Of a stretch of 64,000 bases of DNA, positions 1-9,932 are shown in pieces. The stretch is taken from assembly GCA_964617735.1 (NCBI GenBank), contig CAZTXT010000001.1:138338-202337 (forward strand), read 5' to 3'. Origin of the DNA: an uncultured Candidatus Saccharibacteria bacterium (GTDB lineage: Bacteria; Patescibacteriota; Minisyncoccia; Phycocordibacterales; DSPV01). Each line of letters opens with the position of its first letter. The first letter of the stretch is position 1. The translations under genes and the position numbers were made by a program. The notes below the pieces were generated by a model, which did no database searches, had not been told where the DNA came from, and saw only the letters and a program-made list of their open reading frames with translations.

Positions 1-1477
1 ATTTGGTCGCCCGCCATTCTTGGGGAATGGTGAATATGATATCAACGGTGTTATCCGGTATCGTAAATGACACCGGGTTTGGGTCATTGATATCGCGCAT
101 CAGCACGAGGGTTTTCGTCGCGATATCGGGGAGATTTCGGTTGGGATAGATATGGATTCTAACCTCGTCAATCATCTGGGGGCTCCCAAGGACAACCTGC
201 CACCACCACAGCGGAGCGCAATCATTTTTCGTATAGGAAAAGCTGTCTTGGGAGCCGTCTATCGCTTTACTGGCTTCATATGACTTGCCGGTAGTGCTGT
301 CCGCTTGCGCCGTGCTGCACTGGCTGGTAAATGCATTTTGATAGCTTACTTTAGGATCGGGCGGCTGGGAATTGAGGAGAGAGAGCTGGGCGAGATCGTA
401 TTGCTCGTTCCAGGCATCTTCGTAGTCTCCCTGTGCTTCGTTCTGGTCGGCCGCGGTTGCCGAGCGCGCCTGGTCGCGCACCGTCGCGCGCACCGCGGCT
501 GTCTGTATGGACTGCCAGCTACTGGAGCGCAACTTGCTGGTATAGCTATCCCCTCCCGAGGAGAGCTGCGAGAGGCCTTGGGTGAGGACTTGATTGGCGA
601 GCGCGCCGACGACGGCATCAACCATTTCTCCGATCTCGTCGGCTGCTGCAAGCGCCTCGTCGGAAGTTCCGAGCGCGTGGATGAGCTGCTTATTGATGAC
701 ATCGCCGGGGGTATAGATGAGTCCGTTAATGCCATTGGTCAGTGACTTGAAGCCCCCGCCCCAGTCGGCGACCAGTTGGTTGGTCGCTTTTCCGCCCGCG
801 ACCCGGACCTTGAGTTCCGCATCCGCTTTCATGTAGGCTCCGTAGATATTGTTTTCGGGTATGAGAGTCGTCGCGCGCCAGCGATTCCAGTAATTCTTCT
901 TTCCCGCCACATCAATGCCGCCGTTGATGTAGAACTGCATGTTCTCGAGGTTGGAGGCGATCTTGGTGAGGGTGCAGGAGCGGTTACTGCGGGTGCTGTT
1001 TGTGCTCGCGCCGACATAGTTGAGATAGAGCGCAAGGCGTATGTCGAGGCCCAAGGGTGCGAGGGGTTTACAGAGGAATGCAAAGGGAGAGTTGAAAATG
1101 AACTGTCCCGCCAGCGAGTCGCCGATATTTAAAAAGAAGCTCTGCGGGTCGCTGATGAATGCGGGAGCGCCGTTAAAGCCGTTGCCGATCCAGCTGACCA
1201 ATTGGCCGGTCAACTGGCGGAGAATTGTTTTGGCGACCATCCATCCGACGCTGTCGAGCGCGAAATCCTTGAGCTTTTCGAACATCGTCGAGATGCCAGT
1301 TAGCCATTGGTTGGGGGTGTTCGGGATATCGTTAACGGGCACAACTCCCTGGGCTTCTGCGGTTCTCGGTGGCAACAGAAAGAAGGCAGGCGCTACAAAG
1401 CTCAAAAGAAGCGCCGCAACAATGAAAATTCGTGCTTTTTTTGGGATAGAGAAGTTCACTCTTTTCCTCCTCCCCAT
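1..1477 (-). CDS. Secreted CPR-type hypothetical protein with an F5/8 type C (discoidin)-like domain; 3' end runs off the window
   Basis: Absent from the ORF track because no stop lies in the window. Manual translation from ATG 1477 (or GTG 1459, which follows GGAGG) gives a signal-like ...IFIVAALLLSFVAPAFFLLPPRTAEA, then LDSVGWMVAKTILRQLTGQLVSWIGNGFNGAPAF, and later ASKAIDG...WWWQVVLGSPQMIDEVRIH (discoidin-like). The frame appears open to position 1. Confidence 0.75.
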   Translation of the reverse strand, partial: MGRRKRVNFSIPKKARIFIVAALLLSFVAPAFFLLPPRTAEAQGVVPVNDIPNTPNQWLTGISTMFEKLKDFALDSVGWMVAKTILRQLTGQLVSWIGNGFNGAPAFISDPQSFFLNIGDSLAGQFIFNSPFAFLCKPLAPLGLDIRLALYLNYVGASTNSTRSNRSCTLTKIASNLENMQFYINGGIDVAGKKNYWNRWRATTLIPENNIYGAYMKADAELKVRVAGGKATNQLVADWGGGFKSLTNGINGLIYTPGDVINKQLIHALGTSDEALAAADEIGEMVDAVVGALANQVLTQGLSQLSSGGDSYTSKLRSSSWQSIQTAAVRATVRDQARSATAADQNEAQGDYEDAWNEQYDLAQLSLLNSQPPDPKVSYQNAFTSQCSTAQADSTTGKSYEASKAIDGSQDSFSYTKNDCAPLWWWQVVLGSPQMIDEVRIHIYPNRNLPDIATKTLVLMRDINDPNPVSFTIPDNTVDIIFTIPQEWRATK

Positions 1478-1579
1478 TATAGTCGCTCTTGAAGCCAAGC
1501 GTCTGTGGATTACTTTGCGCTGGCTTCATCTGAAAGACCGTTTCCCGCTGCTTATGCACTTTTGCTCTCCAGACGCTCT

Positions 1580-2512
1580 TTATTGTGTGAATTGAACGGA
1601 ATGCTGCTTAAAGTAGTTGTTGAGACTGGTGAACTGCTGATCGAAGAGAAGTCCCGTGCTCTGATAGGTGGTGAGCGCGGAGAGCGCGGTTACCGAATCG
1701 GATTGCACCATACTCATCGCATTGACGGTTTCGGCGAGCAGGCTCACCGTATTGACGAAATCGGTATGGAGCATAAGGGCGCTTTGGGGGACTTTCGCCG
1801 TCAAAAGGCTTTTGACGATGGCGCGGTAGTTGTCGGCTCGAGTGCTCAATTGTTTTATGAGGTTGGGGTCATCTTTTTGCAGGGCTGTTTGGAGGATTTC
1901 GATCTCGCTTTGCTGGTTGGGATTGAGGTAGGTGCGCAGAACCCCTACTACATAATTGGCATACGCGTTGATGGACTGTGGACTGTCGTAGACGACGCTG
2001 AACTGGTCTGGTGTGTATTCCGTCGCTGTTATTTTCACTTCGTTTTGCTTGAGGACGTCTTCCAAGGATGGCGGATTGCCGGAGCCGTTGGCCTGTTGTT
2101 GTTTGAGCTGGAGGTACGTCGTCAAGACATCCCTCGACAATTTTTCAGTCGGGGTGAGCTGATGCTCCGTTTGCGCCGGGACCTCCACGGCAGTTTCGAT
2201 TTTGTCGTTGGGGCCTTTGACCAGCGGATCGCGGCCTGCCCGCACCTCGGCGCCATCTGGCGTGCCGTCGCCGTCAGTGTCCGCTTTATGCGGGTCGGTT
2301 TTCCAGAGCGCTTCTTCCCAGTCGGAAAGTCCATCGCCGTCGCTATCCGCTGACAACACTGCATTGGTGGTCGAACTCTCTACTGCGACCAAGGGTTGGA
2401 GCGGTGCTTGATAGGTGACTGCTTTATGGGAGATGGCAGAGACGATGTAGCCTGCCGCCATGATGCAGACGGCGACGAGGAGTGCTAAAAAAACATTTTT
2501 TCGCGGATTCAT
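1580..2512 (-). CDS. Membrane-anchored protein with thrombospondin type 3-like Ca-binding DxDxDG repeats
   Basis: N-terminal TM helix; DSDGDGLSDWEE and DTDGDGTPDGAEV repeats; TATACT box 6 nt before ATG. Confidence 0.8.
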   Translation of the reverse strand: MNPRKNVFLALLVAVCIMAAGYIVSAISHKAVTYQAPLQPLVAVESSTTNAVLSADSDGDGLSDWEEALWKTDPHKADTDGDGTPDGAEVRAGRDPLVKGPNDKIETAVEVPAQTEHQLTPTEKLSRDVLTTYLQLKQQQANGSGNPPSLEDVLKQNEVKITATEYTPDQFSVVYDSPQSINAYANYVVGVLRTYLNPNQQSEIEILQTALQKDDPNLIKQLSTRADNYRAIVKSLLTAKVPQSALMLHTDFVNTVSLLAETVNAMSMVQSDSVTALSALTTYQSTGLLFDQQFTSLNNYFKQHSVQFTQ

Positions 2513-2579
2513 CCCTGTAGTATAGCAAACCTATCACCCTTGTGTGGATTCAAAGTTTGTGCGTGGTACAATTGAGACG

Positions 2580-3848
2580 ATGAAGCCGCTATCTTCACAG
2601 GTGCTTGCCTTACTGACGTTCTCGACGGGTCTTTTGGGTATTTTTATGTTCGCCGCTTCTGCTCGAGCCGATACAGCGCTTTTGACGCAGAACCTTAGAA
2701 TCGGAGACAAAAATCCCCAAGTGCTTATCCTCCAGCGGCTTTTGAATGCCGATTCCTCGACGGCGATCGCAGCCGTCGGGCCCGGATCGCCCGGATCAGA
2801 AACCGATTATTTCGGGGCGCTGACGAGAGCGGCAGTCATGCGATTCCAGTATAAATACCGTACCGAGATTCTCTATCCGGCGAGCATCTACTCTCCGACG
2901 GGTTTTGTTGGTGTCCTCACCCGAGCGAAATTCAATACTTTGCAGGCCGTGCGTTCGGTGCCGGTCGCTACGTCCGCTCCCGTTACCCAAAAGCCGAAGG
3001 TGCTCTCGGTTTCTCCCGCGCGGGTGCGCCGCGGCGATAGTGTAGTCGTCTCGGGCGAGAATTTCACACCAACCGGAAATACGATAACGCTCGGCGATGG
3101 GCCCGTTTCAGAGCAATTTGCAGATCTTCCCTCCCCCGATGGCAAGACGATCACGTTCGTGTATAAGCCGCCGGACATAAAGAATATGACCGAGCCGCAG
3201 GTCCGCTCCCTGCCGCCGAACTCGGTGTCGCAGATAGAGAATCCGGTCAAAGCGGCCGGATGGGATCTCGCGGATGCGCTCGTTCCCTACAAAGATGTTC
3301 ACAGCGAAGCGGAACTGAAGGCGGGGCTCGAGCGCAACGGGCACTCGTTCGATGAGATGTACCATTATTTCTGGGTCATTGTCGAGAATGCGCAAGGCAG
3401 AGGCAGTTCCCACACCGCGCTCCTCCACGGTTTGCGCAGTTTCCCGTTTGAGACGGTCGCCAAGGCAGAGAATAATAATAAGAAGAGCGAAGAGACTCGC
3501 GATACTTCGCTCTTCTCGAATATCCGCAACGGAATTACGAATGCCGCTAGATCCCTCTTTCCCGTCGCCTCCGCGCAGGGCACGGGCGGTGGCATCACCT
3601 CTGGCATCGTCATGGTCTGCACCTGCAGCGAAAGCATCATGACATTCCAATTGGATTTCGCCGGAGGCGGCTCGGGGCTGTATGTCTTTGAGCCTGGTTT
3701 CATCCCCAGCGCTGGTAGCGGCATCGTTGCCGGCTTCTGGCTCGGCGGGTATGAGACCATGGGTGGCGAATGCTCGATCTATTACGGATACGGATGTATC
3801 GATATCCAGGCGAACATACCGCAAAACCCCGTCGGCTACTCGTTTTAG
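2580..3848 (+). CDS. Secreted peptidoglycan-binding domain protein with an IPT/TIG domain and a Cys-containing C-terminal domain
   Basis: Signal peptide ending ARA; PG_binding_1 signature (LRIGD..V..LQRLLN...TDYFGALTRAAVMRFQ...TGFVGVLTRAK); PKVLSVSP..GD.VVVSGENF (IPT); C-terminal CTC...C...C. Start moved to ATG 2580. Confidence 0.8.
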   Translation: MKPLSSQVLALLTFSTGLLGIFMFAASARADTALLTQNLRIGDKNPQVLILQRLLNADSSTAIAAVGPGSPGSETDYFGALTRAAVMRFQYKYRTEILYPASIYSPTGFVGVLTRAKFNTLQAVRSVPVATSAPVTQKPKVLSVSPARVRRGDSVVVSGENFTPTGNTITLGDGPVSEQFADLPSPDGKTITFVYKPPDIKNMTEPQVRSLPPNSVSQIENPVKAAGWDLADALVPYKDVHSEAELKAGLERNGHSFDEMYHYFWVIVENAQGRGSSHTALLHGLRSFPFETVAKAENNNKKSEETRDTSLFSNIRNGITNAARSLFPVASAQGTGGGITSGIVMVCTCSESIMTFQLDFAGGGSGLYVFEPGFIPSAGSGIVAGFWLGGYETMGGECSIYYGYGCIDIQANIPQNPVGYSF

Positions 3849-3857
3849 GACGTATGG

Positions 3858-4658
3858 TTAGTTTTTGGGTAGCGGAGGAAGTGCCTGCGCGAGCATCTTC
3901 CACTTTGCGATGGAGACGTCCTCCGCGCGTGCATTCTCGGATAGCTCGAGCCGCTTGAACAGAGAGTGCAGGATTTCCGATGCGGCAAAAACCGAGAGGT
4001 TGCCCATGAGCCGCTTCCTTTTTTGGCTGAATCCGCGCTTGACCACCTCGAAGAAGTGCCCCTCGTCGAGGCGCTTGAAGGCATCTTTGGAGATGTTGCT
4101 GATGGAGAGGATAGCCGAGTCTACTTTTGGTTTTGGAGAGAACGATGCTGCCTCGACGGTCTGTATATATTTCGGCGTTCCGTATGCTTTGACCGAGATC
4201 GAGAGAATGCTCTCTTTTCCACCGCGGCCGCAAATACGCTCGGCAACTTCTTTTTGCAGCAGAAGGACCATGCGCGAGGGCGGGACCGGTCCCGAGAGGA
4301 AGTGCCGGAGGAATTGTCCGGTTATGTAGTAGGGAATGTTGGCGATCACTTTGTAGCCGCCCGACTGCAAGAGCGCTCTCGCCGGATCGAACTGGAGCAC
4401 GTCGTCCGCGATCAATTTCAATTTTTCGGATTCAACCTGCGGTTTGAATTTGAAGGCGAGGAAAAAAACGAGGCGCGGATCTTTTTCGATCGCGATGACT
4501 TCCCGCGCGCAGTTAAGCAAGCTCTCTGTCAATATGCCTTTGCCGGGTCCGGCTTCAAGCACGATGTCGTGCGAGTCTACTACCCCCGCCTCAAGCATGG
4601 CGTCGATAGCCTGCGCTGACTTGAGGAAATGCTGGCCGAGACTTTTCTTTGCGTACAT
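3858..4658 (-). CDS. rsmA: 16S rRNA m6,2A dimethyltransferase RsmA/KsgA
   Basis: AKKSLGQHFL, EAGPGKG, ANIPYYIT, FSPKPKVDS motifs. Confidence 0.97.
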   Translation of the reverse strand: MYAKKSLGQHFLKSAQAIDAMLEAGVVDSHDIVLEAGPGKGILTESLLNCAREVIAIEKDPRLVFFLAFKFKPQVESEKLKLIADDVLQFDPARALLQSGGYKVIANIPYYITGQFLRHFLSGPVPPSRMVLLLQKEVAERICGRGGKESILSISVKAYGTPKYIQTVEAASFSPKPKVDSAILSISNISKDAFKRLDEGHFFEVVKRGFSQKRKRLMGNLSVFAASEILHSLFKRLELSENARAEDVSIAKWKMLAQALPPLPKN

Positions 4659-4701
4659 ACCGACCAGTCTACTTATTTTGCCTTCTTAGGGAAGGCCTTG
4701 T

Positions 4702-6651
4702 TCAATCGAATTTGATTATTTTCAGGAAGCGATGCGGGTGGCGTTCTTCCGCATGTGTCGTATCTTCGATATCGGAGAGGAATTCGGACGGCACCGAGAC
4801 CTGCCGCGCTCCGAAGATGGTCCGCACGGATGCATGCGATAGGTATACTTTTCTGCGCGCGCGGGTGAGCGCGACGTAGAAAAGCCGCCGCTCCTCTTCG
4901 GCTTCCTCGAGATCTTCCCCGCCCTCCTTCTTTTCGTGCGGAAAAAGGTCTTGCTCGAGTCCGGTAATGAAGACGAAATCGAATTCCAACCCTTTTGACG
5001 CGTGCACCGTCATCAATCGCACCGATTTTTTATCCGCGTCGATCTCATCCTGCTCCGACGAGAGCGAGATGTCGGAGAGCAGTTTCTCGATGCCTTCTTC
5101 GGGAGGCAGGGGATCGTAGGAGAGCGCGACGGTCGCGAGCTCTTTGACGTTCTCAAGCCGCTCGCGGTCGTCTTCGCTGCCGTGAGCGAGGTGCGATTGA
5201 ATCCCGCTTTCTTTGAGAACAAATTTTATGGTCTCCGAAGGTTTTGCAGCGAGGGCTTTCGTTTTGATTCGCGCGAGGAGTGAGTGGAATGCCGCGACTT
5301 TTTCGCGCGCAGAACCGCGCAGCTCGTGCTCTTTTCCGGCGAGCATTTTGAGCAGCGTCAATTTGCCGATGCCGCGCGGCGGGAAGCCCGCCGCGCGCTT
5401 GATATCGCCGCCACTTTCGGGATTGAGCGCCGCTTTGATATAGGAGAGCGTATCTTTGACCTCTCTGCGCTCGAAGAATCGCGTCCCGAGCACCTGGTAG
5501 GGCAGCTGCGCTTCGAGCATCGCCTGTTCCAGCGCCCGAGATTGAAAGTTCGCCCGATAGAGCACGGCGATCGAGCCGGGTTTCGCGCCCGCTCGTATCA
5601 ATTGTGCGATGGTGTCGGCTACGAATGCGGCTTCGTCGTTCTCGTCGTATGCGGCAAAGACCGTTATCGCGTCGCCCGTGGGATTTTGCGTGAACAGATT
5701 TTTCTCGAATCGCACGGTATTCTTTTTTATGACCGCATTCGCCGCCTTTAGGATCATTTTGGTCGAGCGGTAGTTCTCTTCGAGACGAATGATGGTAGTT
5801 TTGGGATAATCCCGCTCGAAGTGAAGGAGATTTTTGATGCGCGCACCGCGCCAGGTGTATATGGTTTGATCCACATCGCCGACGGCAAAGACGTTTTTAT
5901 GCGTTGCAGAGAGTATCTGCACCAGCTCGTACTGCGCGCGGTTGGTATCCTGATATTCGTCCACATGTATGTGGCTCCAACGCCGCTGGTAGCGCTCGAG
6001 CACCTCGGGATGTTTTTTGAAGAGCCGTATCGCCTCGACGAGGAGATCGTCGAAATCGAGCGCATGCTCTTTGCGTAATTTTGCGTCATACCGCTCCCAG
6101 AGCGAAGCGACCAACTCGTGGTAATAATTCCCCCCTTCGGATACCAGCTCATCGGGACTCTGAAGATTCCCCTTATGCCGTGAAATAGTGGAGAGGATGC
6201 GGCCCGGCTCGACGCTTTTCGGATCGATGCCCACTTCCTCCATGACATCTTTGAGCGCCGCTTTCGAATCCGCTCGATCGTAGATGGAAAAATGGCGCGA
6301 CAGGTGCATCAGGGCGCTGTTCTCGCGGATAATGGAGGTCGCGAGCGCGTGGAAGGTGCTGACGAACGGGAATTTCTCTTCCGCTGACGCAGCACTCTGT
6401 CCGGTCAACTCTCCTACCGCCCTCATGACCCGCTCTTTCATTTCGGATGCGGCCTTATTGGTGAAGGTGATAGCAAGAATGGACTCCGGCTCGATTCCGT
6501 TGCGTATTAAGTGAACGATCCGAGCGGTTATGGTGCGCGTTTTTCCCGCCCCGGCACCGGCTAACACCAAAACCGGCTCTTGGGCTTTTACCGCCTCCTG
6601 TTGAGCCGCATTAAGGCCCAAAAGATGCTTTTCGCTGTTTTCAGGAGTCAT
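4702..6651 (-). CDS. pcrA: ATP-dependent DNA helicase PcrA/UvrD
   Basis: AGAGAGKT, AITFTNKAA, VDEYQDTN, VGDVDQTIY, LEENYRS, MTVHASKGLEF, EERRLFYVALTRA. No C-terminal Tudor-like extension visible. Confidence 0.96.
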   Translation of the reverse strand: MTPENSEKHLLGLNAAQQEAVKAQEPVLVLAGAGAGKTRTITARIVHLIRNGIEPESILAITFTNKAASEMKERVMRAVGELTGQSAASAEEKFPFVSTFHALATSIIRENSALMHLSRHFSIYDRADSKAALKDVMEEVGIDPKSVEPGRILSTISRHKGNLQSPDELVSEGGNYYHELVASLWERYDAKLRKEHALDFDDLLVEAIRLFKKHPEVLERYQRRWSHIHVDEYQDTNRAQYELVQILSATHKNVFAVGDVDQTIYTWRGARIKNLLHFERDYPKTTIIRLEENYRSTKMILKAANAVIKKNTVRFEKNLFTQNPTGDAITVFAAYDENDEAAFVADTIAQLIRAGAKPGSIAVLYRANFQSRALEQAMLEAQLPYQVLGTRFFERREVKDTLSYIKAALNPESGGDIKRAAGFPPRGIGKLTLLKMLAGKEHELRGSAREKVAAFHSLLARIKTKALAAKPSETIKFVLKESGIQSHLAHGSEDDRERLENVKELATVALSYDPLPPEEGIEKLLSDISLSSEQDEIDADKKSVRLMTVHASKGLEFDFVFITGLEQDLFPHEKKEGGEDLEEAEEERRLFYVALTRARRKVYLSHASVRTIFGARQVSVPSEFLSDIEDTTHAEERHPHRFLKIIKFD

Positions 6652-6945
6652 TAGTTCGGCACACTATACCATAGAGCCCTCTCTTTTTTGGTCGGCCAAC
6701 GCTGTCCACAGCTCAACGAGACTTGATTGACTTGCACCTTTGCGCAGGAGTATATTGGAAGGGTTCAGGTACGTTCCCGAAATCGTTTAATGGCTCTGTA
6801 GAGCCATATTTACAGAAAATCCGTTTTATCCATTAATCTAGGGCTTATTTTACTATTTCGACGTGACCCAACAGTCCATACAAAACTAAAGTCGGGACTG
6901 AAGGCGAAAAATTCGTTCTCCAAGGCCGTTTTTGTTCCGCGGCTC

Positions 6946-7938
6946 TTGTTTGCGTTCACGCTCGTGACCGTACCGTTTTTTGCGTACGCGGGGATCTTTT
7001 CCATCCTCTCCGGATTCTTCAGCGGCGGCGGTGAGGGAACCAGTGAGATGCAGGAGAACTCACAGACGCTTGCACTCTTGCAGGCGGCAGCCAATACCGA
7101 TCCTGTTTCGTCAGCTCGCGGCGGCGGTGATATCTCTATCGTCGACAACTCCGCGCTCCTCCCCGAGACGGGCCCGAGCGGCAGTCTTGCCGACGTAGAG
7201 AGCGGCACTACCCATAACGGGAAGATCAGCGTTTATATTGTCCGCAAGGGAGACACACTCTCGCAGATCGCGAAAATGTTTGGCGTTACCACTAATACGA
7301 TCATTTGGGGGAACGACATCAAAGGGGGTCTGATCCACGAGGGTCAGACCCTTACTATTTTGCCGGTCTCGGGCGTGCAACATACGGTCAAAAAGGGAGA
7401 TACCGTTAAAAGCATCGCGAAACTCTACAAAGCTGATGCCGACGAGATCGTCCAATATAATGATCTGGATGAAAATACAGCGCTTACCGTCGGTTCAGTG
7501 ATCGTTGTTCCCGATGGAGAGCTTGAGATCATACCGTCGGTTCGTTCGACCGGAAGAACTTCCCCACTGCGCGGTGCCGGAGGCCCTGATTACGGCGACT
7601 ATTATTTGCGGCCGATTGTCGGCGGGGTGCGCACCCAAGGTTTGCATGGATATAACGGCGTCGATCTCGCAGCGTACCGCGGGGCGCCGATACTCGCGTC
7701 GGCAACGGGGGATGTTATCGTCGCCAAAAGTGGCGGGTGGAACGGCGGCTATGGCAATTATGTCGTCCTCAATCACGACAACGGAACTCAAACTTTGTAT
7801 GCACACTTAAGCAGTCTCATTGTAAGCGTAGGACAGTCAGTTGTTCGCGGGCAGGTCATTGGTTTTGAAGGCTCGACGGGCAAGGCGACCGGACCACATT
7901 TGCATTTCGAGATCCGCGGCGCAAAAAATCCGTTCTAA
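6946..7938 (+). CDS. LysM x2 + M23 family peptidase (true start possibly upstream)
   Basis: Two LysM repeats (YIVRKGDTLSQIA, HTVKKGDTVKSIA); M23 motifs HGYNGVD, YAHL, GPHLHFE. Confidence 0.92.
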   Translation: MFAFTLVTVPFFAYAGIFSILSGFFSGGGEGTSEMQENSQTLALLQAAANTDPVSSARGGGDISIVDNSALLPETGPSGSLADVESGTTHNGKISVYIVRKGDTLSQIAKMFGVTTNTIIWGNDIKGGLIHEGQTLTILPVSGVQHTVKKGDTVKSIAKLYKADADEIVQYNDLDENTALTVGSVIVVPDGELEIIPSVRSTGRTSPLRGAGGPDYGDYYLRPIVGGVRTQGLHGYNGVDLAAYRGAPILASATGDVIVAKSGGWNGGYGNYVVLNHDNGTQTLYAHLSSLIVSVGQSVVRGQVIGFEGSTGKATGPHLHFEIRGAKNPF

Positions 7939-9482
7939 AGATTTTGGGCAAGTTGTTTGGGCCGATAGGACAGCGCTTCCATCACATGTTTGCGGGTAAC
8001 CGCTTGGTCGCCTGCAAGATCCGCAATCGTTCGCGCGAGTTTGAGGACGCGATGATACGCGCGTCCGGAGAGATCGAGTTTTGCCGCCGATGCATTGAAT
8101 TCTCTCCGATCGTCTGGGCTTAACGTAACGAGCCGGTCGAGGTCTTTTGCCGTAAGCTCGCTGTTCGTTCGATATGGAAGTCCGGCGTTTTTGAACCGCT
8201 CATGCTGCCGCTCTCGGGCGCGTACGATGCGCTGCATCACCGCAGCGCTCGCTTCCCCGCGCTTCGACTCGTCGGAGAGCGTCGAATATTCTACAGGACC
8301 TACCTCGACCCACAGATCGATGCGGTCCATAATGGGCCCGGAGATTTTGCGGCGATAGCGGATGAGTTGGGTTTGCGTGCAGATGCAGGGCTTACGCGAT
8401 CCCCAGTTGCCGCAGGGACACGGGTTCATCGCGGCGATGAGTATGAATTGGGCGGGATAGGATGCGAAACCTTTCACCCTCGTGATCGAAATGGTCCTAT
8501 CCTCGAGCGGCTGCCGAAGGCCTTCGATGACCCGATGCTCGAATTCGGGGAATTCATCCAAAAAGAGCACGCCGTGATGCGCGAGCGTTATCTCGCCGGG
8601 CTTCGGCGTCGTCCCTCCCCCGACGATGGAGACGTGTGAAGCGGTATGATGCGGCGAGCGGAAGGGCGCGGTGGTAATGAGTTCTCCCTTAAGGGTCCCC
8701 GCGATCGAATGGATCGCGGTCGCATCGAGTATCTGTTCAAAGGTAAGCGATGGCAAGAGAGCCGTGAAGGCGCGCGCAAGCATGGTTTTTCCGGTACCGG
8801 GCGGCCCGTACATCGCGATGTTGTGCGCACCAGCAGCGGCGATTTCGAGACCGCGTTTGGCGCTCTCCTGGCCTCTGATATCGGAGAGGTCGATGGATGA
8901 ACTGGCGCTCTGACTTTGGATTTTCGTTTTGCTCTGCAGCGGGATTTTTATTTTTTGCGGGGCTTTATCATTCAGATGGGCGATGACCTCGGAGAGGGAT
9001 GTTACGGGAAAGACATCGATGCCTTCAATGAGCGCCGCTTCGCGTGCATTGGCTGCAGGTACGTAGAGTTCCCTAAATCCACTCCGTTTGGCGGCTTTCG
9101 TCAGCGGCAGGGTTCCGGTGATCGGACGCACCGCACCATCGAGCGCGAGCTCTCCGAGAAAGAGCCGGCGTGCAGGATCGAAAACGATCTCTTCTGCGGC
9201 GAGCAGGTAGCCCAACGCCATCGCGAGATCGAAATTGGCGCCCTCTTTTTTAAGATCCGCGGGCGCGAGCGACACCACGACTTTTTGGTTCTTGCTCTTG
9301 GGAGAATCGAATCCGGAATTTTTTATGGCGGATGCGATACGATCTCGCGCCTCCTCGACGGCTTTATCGGGAAGTCCGACGATAGAGAATGCATGCAGTC
9401 CTCTCGAGAGATCGACTTCAACGTCGATGATCGCGCCGTCGAGGAGGGTTGTCTGGGCGCTGTACGTTTTTGCGAAAGACAT
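7935..9482 (-). CDS. comM: ComM/YifB Mg-chelatase-like AAA+ ATPase
   Basis: IVGLPDKAVEE, LAPADLKKEG, GPPGTGKT, PFRSPHH, LFLDEFPEF, AAMNPCPCG. Confidence 0.96.
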   Translation of the reverse strand: MSFAKTYSAQTTLLDGAIIDVEVDLSRGLHAFSIVGLPDKAVEEARDRIASAIKNSGFDSPKSKNQKVVVSLAPADLKKEGANFDLAMALGYLLAAEEIVFDPARRLFLGELALDGAVRPITGTLPLTKAAKRSGFRELYVPAANAREAALIEGIDVFPVTSLSEVIAHLNDKAPQKIKIPLQSKTKIQSQSASSSIDLSDIRGQESAKRGLEIAAAGAHNIAMYGPPGTGKTMLARAFTALLPSLTFEQILDATAIHSIAGTLKGELITTAPFRSPHHTASHVSIVGGGTTPKPGEITLAHHGVLFLDEFPEFEHRVIEGLRQPLEDRTISITRVKGFASYPAQFILIAAMNPCPCGNWGSRKPCICTQTQLIRYRRKISGPIMDRIDLWVEVGPVEYSTLSDESKRGEASAAVMQRIVRARERQHERFKNAGLPYRTNSELTAKDLDRLVTLSPDDRREFNASAAKLDLSGRAYHRVLKLARTIADLAGDQAVTRKHVMEALSYRPKQLAQNL

Positions 9483-9527
9483 AGCGATGCGGATTAGTAT
9501 TGTGCGCTCGGTGTTTGACCGAGTCTG

Positions 9528-9890
9528 TTACTGCATATGCTTCAGACACGTCGTTGCAGCCGGATTTGCTTCCAGTCGTCGCAGGTCAATCGGGTCGCCA
9601 CAGACGCTGCAGAGCCCGTACACCCCTTTCTCGATGCGCTCGAGAGCGGCTTTGATCTCATTGACACGTATCTCGAGTTGTTTGAGGATAGCGGTGTTTT
9701 CTTCGTAGGATTCGATGCCATCCGCGACCTCGTTGGGGTCGGCAGCCATGATATCGAGTTTATCTGGAACCGCTTCCCAGTCTTTCGGATTGCTCGGATT
9801 GATCCGGCCGATGGATGCAAGTTCTGATTCCACTTGCGCACGCTCTTCTTCGAGGCGTGCTTTAAATTTTTCTTGAGACCCTTTTTCCAT
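9528..9890 (-). CDS. DksA/TraR family zinc-finger protein
   Basis: Coiled coil with DPNEVAD tip; ALERIEKGVYGLCSVCG...RLEANPAATTCLKH (C-C-C-H finger). Confidence 0.9.
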   Translation of the reverse strand: MEKGSQEKFKARLEEERAQVESELASIGRINPSNPKDWEAVPDKLDIMAADPNEVADGIESYEENTAILKQLEIRVNEIKAALERIEKGVYGLCSVCGDPIDLRRLEANPAATTCLKHMQ

Positions 9891-9932
9891 AATGGTATGG
9901 TAGCGAGTCGAGCTTCAAAATGCAACTGGAAT

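Noticed and set aside
305-1595. Several ORF-track ORFs on both strands
   Set aside because: They are shadows of the long minus-strand gene 1477 to <1.
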